Assembly (NCBI GenBank): GCA_016748015.1
Contig: JAAOMT010000299.1
Span: 1,039,924-1,103,923, forward strand
From: Geosiphon pyriformis uo1
Taxonomy: Eukaryota > Fungi > Glomeromycota
DNA: 64,000 nucleotides
Reading direction: 5' to 3'
The translations under genes were made by a program, and so were the position numbers. This document shows, one piece after another, positions 1-12,689 of the stretch. The notes under the pieces were generated by a model. That model did not search any database, was not told the DNA's origin, and saw only the letters and a program-made list of their open reading frames with translations. Position 1 is the first letter of the stretch. Each line of letters starts with the position of its first letter.

Positions 1-266
1 TTAACATCGGTCCCAACAGTCTCATCAACTGTATTGGACTTGTTAGCCTTTGTATCTTTATTTTCGCTTTTTTGAGGGGCTTTCCAACTCTGGCGGTTTT
101 GTTTCTTACGAGCTTGTTTTTCTGCAGGGTCTTCATGCACCGAGATGGCTTCAGTGTGGAACTTGGAACCAGTGGCAGAAAAGGATTCGTTGAGGAACGA
201 AGTAGATGTTTCCGAGGTAGGAATGCTCAAAACGTGTTCGGCTGGAAGATTCGTTTTGTCGGACAT
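1..266 (-). CDS. N-terminal part of an unknown protein running off the window
   Basis: ATG at 266 opens a stop-free frame to the edge (MSDKTNLPAEHVLSIPTSETS...KQARKKQNRQSWKAPQKSENKDTK...). It lies in CpG-containing, higher-GC DNA and is absent from the ORF track because no stop falls in the window. Confidence 0.6.
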   Translation of the reverse strand, partial: MSDKTNLPAEHVLSIPTSETSTSFLNESFSATGSKFHTEAISVHEDPAEKQARKKQNRQSWKAPQKSENKDTKANKSNTVDETVGTDV

Positions 267-3200
267 CGTCAAATAGGGCAGGACCTTTATTCTTTGGTTT
301 TCCTGGGTGTACTACTGTATAAAAGAAGGAATGTCTTGCTATGTCCCAGAGCAACTCCCAAAATGTGTGACGAAATTGGTGGGCCTCAATGCCTGATTTA
401 ATATATAGTCATATAGCTGATAGATATGGACATGCTGCGACAAAGTGAACATGATGTCACCATTGACTTGATGATTGAAAATTTTTATCAAAACAACGCG
501 AACCATCTCACTCTTCTATAATTTTTAACAGATATGGCAAGTAAGCTTGACATTTATTAGCGTTTATGCCCTTATTAATTTTTAGGTTCAAAAATTGAAT
601 ACATAGTATAATTCATAACTCTCTATTTCTCCATCAATAAAATTAATTATTAAAACTTTATAATCAAACATTAATTCATCTTTTGTTTCATCCATTTTCC
701 TAAATAACACAACTTTAAATTGTTTTAAAAACACTTTTCTTTGGTTAGAAGTTTTTTAAAAAACACATTAAAAACAGTTTTAATATTGATTTTACTATTA
801 AAAAAGTTTTAAAATTTATAGTATTAAAGTTTTTGTTTTTTTTGGCAATTTTTATAACTATTATTATTATTATTTTTTAAACAGCCTAAAAACAATTATT
901 ATTACTAATAACTTTAATAATAATGAATTATTTTAAAAATTTTTGAATTGATTTTTTAAAAAAATTTAAGTTTTGGCTTTTTAACTTATTTTTGGTTTTT
1001 TTATCACCAATTTTAACAAAATAATTAATTTTAATTCAATTATAAATAACAATATTCTTTTAATTTACATAATTTTTTTTTATTTAATTAATAAGTGCAA
1101 TTCAATCATTATTTAATATACAGAAACAAACCAAGTAATTCAAATTAAATATGGTTTATGTGCTTATTACATGTGTTCAGCCACTTGAACTGGACAAAAC
1201 TACACTATATATACACACTAATCTCTAATCTATTATCTAAACCTGAAAAAAACAAACAAATCTTATGCAATCCAAAACTAACAGCAAAAAATTCAACAAT
1301 GCCAAACAAACAAACCACTTTAATTAAAAAAAATCTAAACAGACTGTTGTCTACTTTAAGCAATACTTCTTTATTATTGACCAAATTATTTTTTTTTATA
1401 TTAACTCTAAACTTTGACCTAAAATTTTACAGCTTATCATGATATATATTAGCCAAATAATAAACAAAATCAGTCATCATTAACACAGCCTTTTTCTTAT
1501 TCTTGAATCTCAATATTGCTTTATTAATCCAATTCTTAAAAATGAATTTTTTGTATATAATTTTATAAATACCAATATCTAATACTCTTAAAAAAAGAGT
1601 ATATAATACTAAAGATAATAATAGAAAACAAGATCTTACCAAGAACTTTTACAGTTTAGCATAATCTATTAAAATTTCAGAACAAATTAAAACATTTTTT
1701 AGACAAATAAAAACATAATCAAACAGTTTAATATTATTACAAAACAAATATAACACACCCAAATAATTTCTGTTATATAGTTTTTTCTTAACTGCAGTTG
1801 GCAGTTTCTTATAAACTGTTTTTATTAAATATTTATAAAATACTGCTAAAGTTTTGTTGGTAAAATCAACAAGTATATAAGAATTAAGATGCTAAACTAA
1901 AGCAATATAATGCTAATTAATAATCTAAATAAATAAGATTCACAAAATTTTTACACCTAAGTCTGTTTTTTATTAAGCATAATTAATTAATTAATATATA
2001 TTGTAAACAAAATAGTAAGCATTGTTTAAAACAACCAAACTATTTGTTAAGAAAAATTTTTTAAAAATACCAATAGGCAAAAAAATATAAGACAGTACTA
2101 TATTATTTACAAAAATATTAGCTTAATTATTGTTAGTATATCTTAAGTGTTTTTTGATCTTAACTTATATAGCAAAAATGTTCTTAAATTTAATTAAATT
2201 ATTCATATGCTACTTTTCAATTCAATATCTATTATGGAAATCAAATACATAAAATGTGAGTTCTAATATATATGTATTTATGATAGCTTAGATGTTTATA
2301 TACAAAACCACTAAACAAAAAAAGAAAACATATTCTAATACCAATACAATAACTTATAACTCTATTAAAATTAATAATAACAAAACCTAAAACTTTAATA
2401 CTTAGATTTACTTTAACATCAAAAAAATAAGTTATTGTTCTACTTATTACATTTACAGTATTTAAACTCTTTAGCAAACTATCAATATACACATTAATAT
2501 CTTCTGTATATAGCTTATATAAGTATTTCTGAACTCTTAAAAAATTTTTGAACCAAAAAGATTTGTACAGCCAAAGACAAAGTTATTTTTAATAGATTTA
2601 ACAGAAAAGCTATTTATATAAACTGAAGTTTTTGTAAATTATATTGGTATTAGATCTTTCAAACTCAGTTTTTTTTAATAGCAAAAAATTTTCCAATTTA
2701 TAATTGAGTTATGTTGGTCCAAAAATTTATTACTAAAAGCAATACCAAGCCATTTTAAATAATAAATTATACTAAAGTAACAAAAATTACCTAGTATTTC
2801 AGATATAGAAAAGCAGCCAAAAGAATAAAAAGCACAAAACAACTTATTTGTTAAAAATATATTGTTGTCCAAAAAAATTTTCATTATGTTTGTTAAAAAA
2901 TTGTTTACAAAGCTGACTTTTAATTTGACTGGGAACTGTAATGAGTTTTTAGGCATCTATTTTATAATTTATAAATTCAAAAAACAATATGTGAATAAAT
3001 AGTTGAGAATTTTTAACACATTAAAAAACCACATCAATAAAGTTATCTTGTTATCTATTTGTATTTACTTAAATAATTTTAGTTTATATAAAAAAAGATG
3101 ATACAGAGTCTCATTAAAAAAATTTCTTAGCAGATTAATCTTGAATCTAAGTTTTTTTCTGATTATAATATCCCATTTTTGACAAAAACTCTTAGAGACA

Positions 3201-3992
3201 AAACTGAATTATATCTAATAGTTAATAATAGACTACAAAACTACTAAAACTAAATAAAAAAATTATTTATCTAACAAAGTTTTTCTGAATACTATGTTTA
3301 AAAAAACTTGATATTTCAATATACTTTAACCAGACTAGATTTAAACATGCTTTTAGTCAACAAAAAAATTCTTAAATATCTGTGGGATTTACTATGCTTG
3401 GCAATAAAAATTAGTTAATTACTAATATGTAATAAAATATTAGTAATTTTTTGATTAATGAGAATTATAACTGTCTTATTATTGTTAAAACAAATATCAT
3501 TTATCTTGAAAATTAATCAGTTATATTCAAAATATACTGTGTTGAAATCTGCTTATTTCTTATTTAGATTGTATTATCAACAAAAGTTTTAGCTATAAAA
3601 AATAATGTTTTCTTTTTACTGATTTCTATTTTGTTTATTTTTACTACAAAATTAATATTAATTTGGTATTTACATAAATGTTTCTGTCTTTTAATCTCAT
3701 ATAATAGGAGGTCATAAAAAATTTTTTATAGAAATAATGAAAAAATTTTATTCTAATCTAGTTCATTATAAACCCTATAATTCTTTGAGAAGCCAAAATC
3801 TGTTATAATTCTATTAACTCTATTATTGTAAATATTACCAAAAAATCTAAGTGTAGATAACAACATTCATCCACAAATCCCAAAAAAGAGTCTAAAAAGT
3901 TTTTTTTGAAAGAAGTTTTTACCATTCAGTATGATATCTCTAAACTGTTTCTGTTCGATTACAAGACCACCATTGGCCCAAATACTGCTATC

Positions 3993-5785
3993 ATAAAGAA
4001 GGCTGCTAAGAGTTCTGGTTCTGGTAATGGTTTTGAGACGGTCTTGTCGAAAAAGAAGAGGAGGGAAGGTGTTTTGAAAGATAGTTCCAGTGACAAAAAA
4101 GTGGCTTCTAAAGTCCAGGAGAGCTATTCATGGGGTTCAGAAACTGGGAACACTACTGAGTCTGAGAGTATTGATATAGAAGAGGAGTGTCTGATGGAGG
4201 AGACCAGCTTTGATTTTGGTGAAGGTGGTGCTCTGGCTGGTGGGAATCATGATCAAACACTCACGAGTTTAAAAGTCAAAACAAAGAAGGCATTGGGCAA
4301 GCCGTTAGGAAAAATTGATTTTTCAAAGGATAGTGATGGTGATAGTATTCTCTCGGATACTCCTCTTGAGCTCCCCCCTCCTTTGAAAAACTTGATCAAT
4401 GTTTCAGTCAGGAAGTCATTCACATTAGATATTGGTTTAGATAAGGTGGCTGGCAATTCTTCTCAGGAAAAGCTTGTGGTGGTGAGGAAATTATTTTCTG
4501 GAATCAATGGTTTTGGGGGGTGTCTACCCTCTCAAAATTCTCAGAGATCATTAGAGCAACGTTCACTTCTGAATCGAGTCTAATGAAAGCTACTGATAAG
4601 GCTGCAAGTGCGAAGATCCTAGTAAATACCAATCTCAAAAAATCATCTGGGCGATCAGATCGGGCTGTAGTCATAAAAGAAATTCCAATTGGAACATTGG
4701 CTGAAGCTGTGTGCACTGCGCTATCCAAGTTTGGAGTTATTAAGGCAATCAAGATGCAGTTAATTGAGCTGTAACAGAAGGCAGTAGTAGAATTTGAGCA
4801 ATCAGATCAGGCTGATTTGGTCGCAGCTGAGTAGTCCATTCTAATCGGAAAAGATGCTATACATGTGGCTAGGGCTGATTTAGACAAGGAGGCATGGGAT
4901 GCATGGGACCAACATAGGGCACTGCTTTACACATTACCAATGGGGACCAACACTCATGATATCTGGGGCTTTGTTAGATCTGTAGATGGGAAAACATGCA
5001 TCATTGATCATCATTCTGTTATATATAATTGGGCCAGGTGTGCTGTTGTTTGCTTTGACTCTGCTGAATCATTGGATACTGCTGTGGGAACCACACCAGT
5101 ACTTAAGAACACCAATCTCTGCTGGTCTCGCCTCATTTCTGCTAAATGCGCCAAGTGTGGGAAATTGGGTCACATGTCATTGGGTTGTGTAGTTGGTAAG
5201 AAATTTTTTTTTGGTAGTTCGCTGTGTAGAGTTTTCTCAGATGCGGATAAAAGCAGGCTGACAATTATCTATGCCAAACGCTCAGCTCCGGTTGTCCGTC
5301 CGGTCTTTTTTGGTGGTCTTTCTTGGGCAAAAGTTGCTCGTGGGTCTTCTTTGCTCTCCCTCTCTAGTCAGAATGTTTTGGTGGATAATGGCTCCTCTTC
5401 AGAAATGAAGCCGTCCCTACTGGTTACAATAGAAGTCAATAATAGGTTCGCCACTCTTGAGCACAGTCTTGTCAGCCTCATGGAGCAAGTTGGTAAGCTG
5501 GCTAAGAGGTTGGATGCACTCAGGCCAATGGTTTCCCAGCCTAGCCCTGGATGTCAACCATTAGTGACCCCTTTATCACAGGATCAAAGGGCAGATGTAG
5601 TGATGAGTGAGAGTTCAGGTGCATCCATTAGCAGTGGGAATGTAGCAGGAGTGGTGTCTTTTGATATGTCTTCAGTGTCTAAGCTGGAAAACAGCATGAA
5701 GTGTTTAATGGAAATGGTTCTAGGCCTTTTGGCCAAAGTGGATAGTATTAGTGTGTGTTCGGTGTCTCTACCCCTCACTCAATGA
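3993..5785 (+). pseudogene. LINE-A ORF1 (nucleic-acid-binding protein with CCHC knuckle)
   Basis: CAKCGKLGHMSLGC zinc knuckle. Homologous to LINE-B ORF1 (VRKSFTLDI / VKKSFALDI, NGFGG). Probable start mutated ATG>ATA at 3993, one frameshift in the G-run near 4515, and in-frame stops at Trp positions. Confidence 0.85.
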
Positions 5786-8700
5786 GCAGTTTGGTCTAAA
5801 AAGTTGCTACATGCAATGTCAAGGGCATGAACAATCCTGCTAAGCAGAAGGACATTATTAGGTGGCATAAGGAAATAAACAATATGGTCTCTATCATTAC
5901 TGAAACGAAATTGAGAAGTAAGGTTCATTCGTGGATTGCAGATAAGTTTGATGATGTCCGAGTATTCACTTCTGGTTTGAACTCTGGTCACTTGGGTATG
6001 GGTGTTGCTGTTGTTTTGGACATTTCTTTGGCTCGTCATGTGTACAAGGTTTCTGAGGTGCCTGGTTGGCTCCTGTCCATTAAATTACTTTTCAAGGATA
6101 AACTTTCTGTATTGATTCTGGGGCTTTATGCTGGTGCCTCTTCGGCGGTTCAGTTCTCTTAGGCTGGTAAAATCAACTCTCTCATTGCAAAGGCTGTCAA
6201 TGAATCTTCTTTTACTGTTCTTGGTGGTAATTTCAATGAAGATGATTCTTGTAAGTATGCTAGTTTTAGGAAGTGCCTTGATTTGGGTCTGGCTAATTCT
6301 TTGGTTGGAAGCCTAGCTGTAAAAATGCCTACTTGGGCAAACTCTAAAGGTGTTAAAAAAACGATTGACTATGTTTTGGTTTCTTCAAATTTGGTTAATG
6401 CAATAGTACACCGTGGTGTTTCAAATGCTGGTGAATATTTTGAAATGGATTATCAGGCTGTTTCTGTGTCTTTGGGTGGTTTGCTGGACATGCAGTTGAA
6501 CTCTTTTCGCAAACAGGCGAATAGAGATTATTAGAAGTTTAATTTTAAGAGTATTGATGACATGAAATAGAACAAGTTCAAGAGTGCTACAGCAGCTAAT
6601 GCCATCATTTTCTCTGATGATTTTATTGCCTCCCAGTGGTTCTCAGATTTGGATGCAATGTGAGATGTTGTTCACAAGATAATGGTTCTTTCAGTTGATG
6701 AAGTGTTCAAGAAGAAATAGTTTAAGGACTATGATGGTGTCTTCACTAAGGAATCATCCAAATTTCATAAGTTAGAACTTTTGATATCGAAGCTGGTTAA
6801 AGCTTCTCAGTCGATTTGTTGTGATGAATTCATTTTACTGTTGGATGTCTAAGGTTCTCTTGACGATGATAATGCCTCTGTAGTCAGATCTCTCTTTCTC
6901 TCCGGTTCTCCTCTTGATACTGTTCGGTCAGCTCTCTCCAAGGTCAGAAAGACTTATCACTCACTTAAAATGGCAGAATCAAGGCACATAGAAGAATCTC
7001 AAATCAAGTCAGCGATCAAAAAGAGGATAGAAAGTTTCGAGCTGAACAAGAGTCACACTATTTAAAGCATCTTGGAGTGCTCTTTCCATAAGGTTGTTTT
7101 GGACCACTTAGTAGTGGATGATGAGCTGATTTTGGAACCTGGTCCTGTGAGATTAAGAGTGGATGATATCATGAAAAGGTAGACTAAGAAGCGTAGGGTG
7201 GTTCCCAATGTTCCTGACATATGGCACCGTCAGTATCAGCCATTGGATTACATTTTTGATGAGGCTTTTTCTGGTGTAATACAGCCAATTGAGTTTTTGA
7301 ATTTGCTTGGCATGGTTTCTGATCTGCCTATTGGCAAGGCTGCTGGTCTTTCGGGTATTTCAAATAAGCTGTGGATGCATAGTGATAGGTCTGTTCTGAA
7401 TATGCTCTTGGTGCTTCTGAATTCATGTTTGTCTCATAAGTCTGTGTCTGGTCTTTGGAGGGAAGCTTGAATTTCGATGATCCCTAAACCATATGAGTGA
7501 GAAGATGTCTTCACAAATACCCAACCTATAGCCTTGATCGAGACAGCTCACAAGATCTTCTCTAAGATTCTCTCTGACAGGATATTGCTGGCATGCAGTG
7601 CTCATGACATTTTTCATGGAGATAATTTTTCAGTTTTGAAGGGTACTACTATCCAGACTCCTATTTTTGCTATTGGTTCAGTTGTTGAGGATGCTTTGGA
7701 GAAGAATCGGGAGCTCTGGCTGGTATTGTAGGACATATGAAAGGTGTACGACTCTGTTGGATGGAAGCATCTCAAGAGGTGTTTGGTCAAGATCAAAATA
7801 TGTGGCAAGTTTATTCATTTTTTTGGCAATATTCATAGAAATTGGACCAATCAGGTTATGACAGACTTCAGTTTAACTGATGATTATAGAGTACATGATG
7901 GGCTGGACCAAGGAGAAGTTTTTTCCCCCCTTCTTTGGCACATATTTTATGATCCTCTTTTGTGCGAAATCAAGCGTTAGGAGAGTGTATGTGAATATAG
8001 GCTCAATTCCCATTTTGTTTCCAGAAGTGGTCGTGCTGAATCTCAAGCTGGGTTTTCTACTTTTTTCGCTGTTGGGGCCTATGTTGATGACACAATTTGG
8101 ATAGACAGCAGTCAGGCTGCTATTCAGCATATTCTCAATGTTGTTAGTGAATTTTTTCGAATTAATGACATTTCAATCAATAACGACAAAACTGTGGCCA
8201 TCCCTATTAATGCTAGGATCAGCAATCCGTCTCTTTTTATTAGTGGTTCACCTATTTTTATAACCAAAAAAGGTGAATCTTATCGATATCTTGGTATTTT
8301 TCTCTCAACTGATGGTTTTTCTAAGCCTAGTTTGGCTAAAGTGCATTCGGATGTTTGTTTTTTCAGTAATTTGGTTCTAAAGAAAGCAGTTTCAGATAAG
8401 CAGTTCTTGTACCTAGTATTGGCAGTTCTCCATCCTATAGTTAGCTACAGGACACAGTTTAGCTTTGTCCCTGTTAGTGTGTGTGACAAGTGGGATGCTC
8501 TGATTCACAAGAGTTTGAAACTTAAAGCTGGTCTTCCTCTCGATTTTTCTAGTAACACAATTCATCATCCTTCTTTTTATGGTCTGAAGTCCTTCTCACA
8601 ATGTCAGTCTGAAAACAAGGTTGTTTTACTTATTAGTTTTGCGAACTTCTGTGGGGTTCTGGGTCAATTGTTTAGTCACAGATCTTATGACTTACAAGTT

Positions 8701-10455
8701 CTGTGCTGGTGCCCCATTCATCTATTGAGTTCGCTGGCTTGTATTCATGTCAGTGTTTTCAATAATTTTTTGTCAGGTATGGTATGCATTCTTCTTGAAT
8801 GTAATTTGTCTTTAGGTGGCTCTTTGGCCGGCTCTTTTCAGTTTCGTAATGGAGTGCCTATGTCTACTGTTTTGGGCGAATTCTTGTTTTTCAAATACTT
8901 GCCTTCTCTCCAGCGTTATGGCATTGCCTTTGTGGATCAGCTTCGGAATCATCATGAAGATATCTTTGACTGGTACATCTTTAAGTAATGGAAGAAACTG
9001 GATTTTTGTGGTCCAGTTCTTGAATGGTTTGGGCGCTCTGTTGCATTTCTTAGTGATGTGTCTCCCTTTCCATTGGCCTTGAGTGGTGTTGGCCCTACAG
9101 ACATTTGTAGTTCTAATGGTTTTGTGTTGGTATGTGATCATCTATCTTGAGTTGGCACTGATAGTTTGGCTGTGTATACGGATGGGTCAGTAAAAAATTT
9201 GGGCACGACTGGTTGTAGGACCGGAACTGCTGCCTTTTTTGAGGACATTGACTTGGATTTGGGTGTTTATGTTCAGGGTCTGATGTCATCTACTTTGGCA
9301 GAGTTGCAGATTATAGCATTGGCTCTGGAATGCATACCTGTGGATTGTTTTGTTCGCCTGTTTTTGGATAGCCAGGCAGCTTTAGATGCTTACAAGTCGG
9401 AGGTTGACTTGGTGTGTCCTGACTTTTGCAATCAGTGTTGGGTTGAGTGCCGGCATATTAGAAATATTATACACGGAAAGAATTTGAAGGTTAGCTGGCA
9501 CAAGGTTAAGGGCCACTCTGGTGTGTTGGGAAATGATTGTGCCGATAGCATCATTGATACTGCAGCTTTCTCTGATTGGTTTCTTTCTTCTCGTGTGGCT
9601 GAATGATTTTTGTTGGCAGATGGTGGTATTGTTTTTGGCAATTCTAGACACTTTGTTCGTGATGTTTTTCATGCTGTTTGTCGGGTATGCTAGAAGGTCA
9701 GTTCCGGTTCTGGGTTCTTAGCTGGTAATTTGCACTCAGATGTCAATTGGCTTGCCTCTTTCAGAGTTTGGCATCCTGATTTGCATATGGCAACTGGTTT
9801 CACCAGCAGGTGCACTGCTAATATTCGTACTTACTTCATGAAGGCCTTGTACCATCGGCTTCCCATGGCTGTTCGAAAACACATTTATGATAAATGTTAC
9901 TCCAGTGTTTTGTGTCTGTATTGTGGTGAGGTGGAGGTGTCTGATTATGTGTTTTCTTGCATTATTGATGATGCGGCTCATCATCAGGTTTTGGAATCCT
10001 ATATGTTTTCTTGGAAAGTGCTTTTTGGTCTCTTTCTTCCTGCTTTATGTGTTTTACAGCTGCTGTTAACCTGTGCCACAGACCTCCTAGTGTTCTCAAC
10101 TCTTTGCAAGGGTTTTGTTTTCAAGGGATGGCTTCAGGAGGCTGTTTCTGTCTTCCATGTTCCCAAAGTTGCTGGTGTTAAAATTGCTGATTTTGTATGC
10201 TCTGTTTGTGTTGTTTTTAGGAATAACATTTGGTTGGTCTGTGCTAAGTATCGTGCTTACATGGAAAGGAATGGCCTGATCCCAGTAAATGGCTTGGTTC
10301 CCGTCTCAATTTCTGGTTTGACTTCAAGATTCTCAGATGGTGTGGTTAAACTGCTTGGTGTTGTTGAAGTGTTTGGTGTCTGTTTTGGCTTTCGCAAATC
10401 TTACTCTTTTTTTTCAGGTATTGGTGATTCGGTTTCAATTAATATAATTGTGTAG
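5782..10455 (+). pseudogene. LINE-A ORF2: AP endonuclease, reverse transcriptase, RNase H, C-terminal Cys motif
   Basis: EN motifs (TCNVKG, ITETKL, GGNFN, TIDYV); RT motifs (GKAAGLSG, GLDQGEVFSPLLW, AYVDDT); RNase H (VYTDGS, AELQ, LDSQ, KVKGHSGVLGN); CLYCGEVE. All ORF-track fragments from 5827 to 10455 share one frame, broken by about 18 stops. Confidence 0.95.
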
Positions 10456-11953
10456 TGTTGTCCTAACTGGCTTGAGTGGCTGGTCACGTGTAAACAGTAC
10501 ATGATTCATGCCTAGTTTAGATCATTTCTTTGATGTATAGTTCTAGGTAGTGTTTGGACCTCACTCATTAAATGATAATAAAAAAAAAAAATCTAATAAA
10601 TTTGCTATATATCTTAATGCATTTCAAACTAACTTTCAAATAATATCATTCCATTAAATTGTATGTTTTGTATATGTTTTAAAGAACCAATTAGAGCTTC
10701 TAACTTTTTTTTAAAACATTTTTTACAATAAAATTAATTGTAAATACTAAAAACTGAATTAAAATGATTTTTAAGACTAAGAAATTGTTATTATAAAAAA
10801 TATTGAACTCACTACATATAGATAAAATACAATTTAATAAAATCTTGGATAAAATCTTTCTAATAATCTTAATTAGCACTATAAATTATGTGTTTGTAAG
10901 AATTCTATTTTATTTATATGGCTTAAAAATTATTGAAATTTATGCTTTTTTTCAAAGAGTTGAGATATTACTGAGAGATAGATAAGCATTTATTAAGTTC
11001 AAAAAGCACACCAAAACTATGTTGTTACAGTGTTTTCAAAGTTCATTAGTTATACTAAAAAGTTTAGTAGCTTTACTATTAAACAGACTGCCAATTACCA
11101 GAATTAATTTGTTTATACTAATTTTATCTATTACACTAAAGAAGACATTTTTATTTACATATAACAAGAATACATATTGAAAAGCTCATGAATTGGGCAA
11201 AAATAAAAGCATTTCACATTTTCTTGTTCAATTCTTTATAATTTTATTAATTTTGGGTCTTATCTTGTTTAATTTCAAAACCAAGTTTTTTCTAATAACT
11301 AAATAATTTAGAACTATCTTTCTAAAAAAATTTTTTAAAACACTTTTAATCATACTTTTTTTATTAAAACTGAAATTTTCTATGCATTTTTTAATAGCCT
11401 TATTAATAAAAAAAATTCTGACTGTTTTAGACTTATAATACTTAGATTTTTAATAATTTTTTTTATTTTTGACAAGTATTTAAACACATTTACAGAACTT
11501 ATACTATTATAAATCAAATTTTTGGCTTTAGAAGCTTTCACTTTATCAATAAACAACCAAATTTTAATGTGTTATTAAAACCAAAAGCTTTTATTATTTT
11601 AGTAATCAATAATTCTAGTTTGTGAAATTTTGAAAATTGTTTGTTTTTTAACCAACTTAGATTACTAAACCAATATTTAGAAAACACCATATTAGCTGTG
11701 TTTACTACTATTCTACTTAAAATTTCTCATATTGTATTTAACTCTTTAAGATTTTTAAAGACAATAAATTTATCTATTACTATTAACAACTCAACAAAAA
11801 AACATTCTTTAAAATATATCTACTTAACACAATCTAAGTTTTTAATTTTAAACTTTCAATGATTTCTATTAGCCTGTTTGTAAATACTATTTAAATAAAT
11901 ATCCAACAGTTTATTCAAACTAACTGAAATTAAAACTGTCTTGTAATTAGTAT

Positions 11954-12632
11954 TGTTATAGTTGAAACTCATACTTTTTATTAGTTATCACATATATTAA
12001 CCACTAATATTATATAATTAATTACCCTATTTTTAGATAGTAATTATTAACCTGATCATTGACTTGATCATTGACTTAATTGTTGATCTGATTATTGACC
12101 ACTTTTAATAGCTATATAAGCAATAAATCTTTTAGCTGTAGAAAAACATGTCAGAAATTAAGGAAATCAAATAAATAAAATAACAACTTTTATCTCAATT
12201 TTTTTCTTATTGCTAATTTCTTTTTTCTTACTTTCAAGTATTTAAATATCTTAAGATAAAAGATTACTTGTTGGTTATTTTCTATCTTTTCCTGAAATGT
12301 GTAATTGTAGCATTTGAAGATTATTGAATAAAATATGACTAAAGAATACATCTAATACCTGATATTGAATTCTAAAAATGCTGATATAAAGCATAAAATT
12401 ATACCAGTATGTAATTATTTGTTGACAGTACAGACTATTTCTCTACTTTCAAATTTTCCAGTTATCTTTTAAAAAGCATAGCAACTGAGATATTTTATGA
12501 GACTGATCTTGCACATTAAATCTATACTCATTTAATTTGCTTTTTGAAGTTGAATTTTCTTTAATTCCTTTTATCACCTTACAATCTTGTTCTTTTTTGT
12601 TATCTGTTGGCTTGTAATTCCAATTCATAACA
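11954..12632 (+). repeat. 5' LTR (679 bp)
   Basis: Direct repeat of 18915-19603 with TG...CA ends, TATATAA near 12113, and an internal ~12-bp tandem array. Confidence 0.95.
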
Positions 12633-12638
12633 TAAAAG

Positions 12639-12655
12639 TGGTGCTTTCTGTGAAA
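12639..12655 (+). promoter_or_regulatory. Putative primer-binding site TGGTGCTTTCTGTGAAA
   Basis: A TGG-initiated tract (complementary to a tRNA CCA end) 6 nt after the 5' LTR. The tRNA identity was not determined. Confidence 0.6.
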
Positions 12656-12689
12656 TTGTCAAAATCCATTTTGTTTCTTATTATATAGG

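Larger units (their letters stand above)
3851..10585 (+). mobile_element. Full-length non-LTR retrotransposon (LINE-A: ORF1 + APE-RT-RNaseH ORF2), inactivated
   Basis: Two ORFs, a 3'UTR and a poly(A) tail at ~10580-10591. TSD AAAAAATCTAA at 3840-3850 and 10586-10596. Confidence 0.95.

Noticed and set aside
72-401. 109-aa plus-strand ORF
   Set aside because: Non-ATG start and antisense to the more plausible minus-strand frame beginning at 266.
5782-10455. Alternative genetic code or readthrough explaining the LINE in-frame stops
   Set aside because: The stops are a mix of TAA, TAG and TGA replacing Trp, Gln and Arg, and differ between copies, which indicates mutation rather than recoding.
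12045-12100. CRISPR-like array
   Set aside because: Tandem 12-mers without spacers inside an LTR in eukaryotic DNA.
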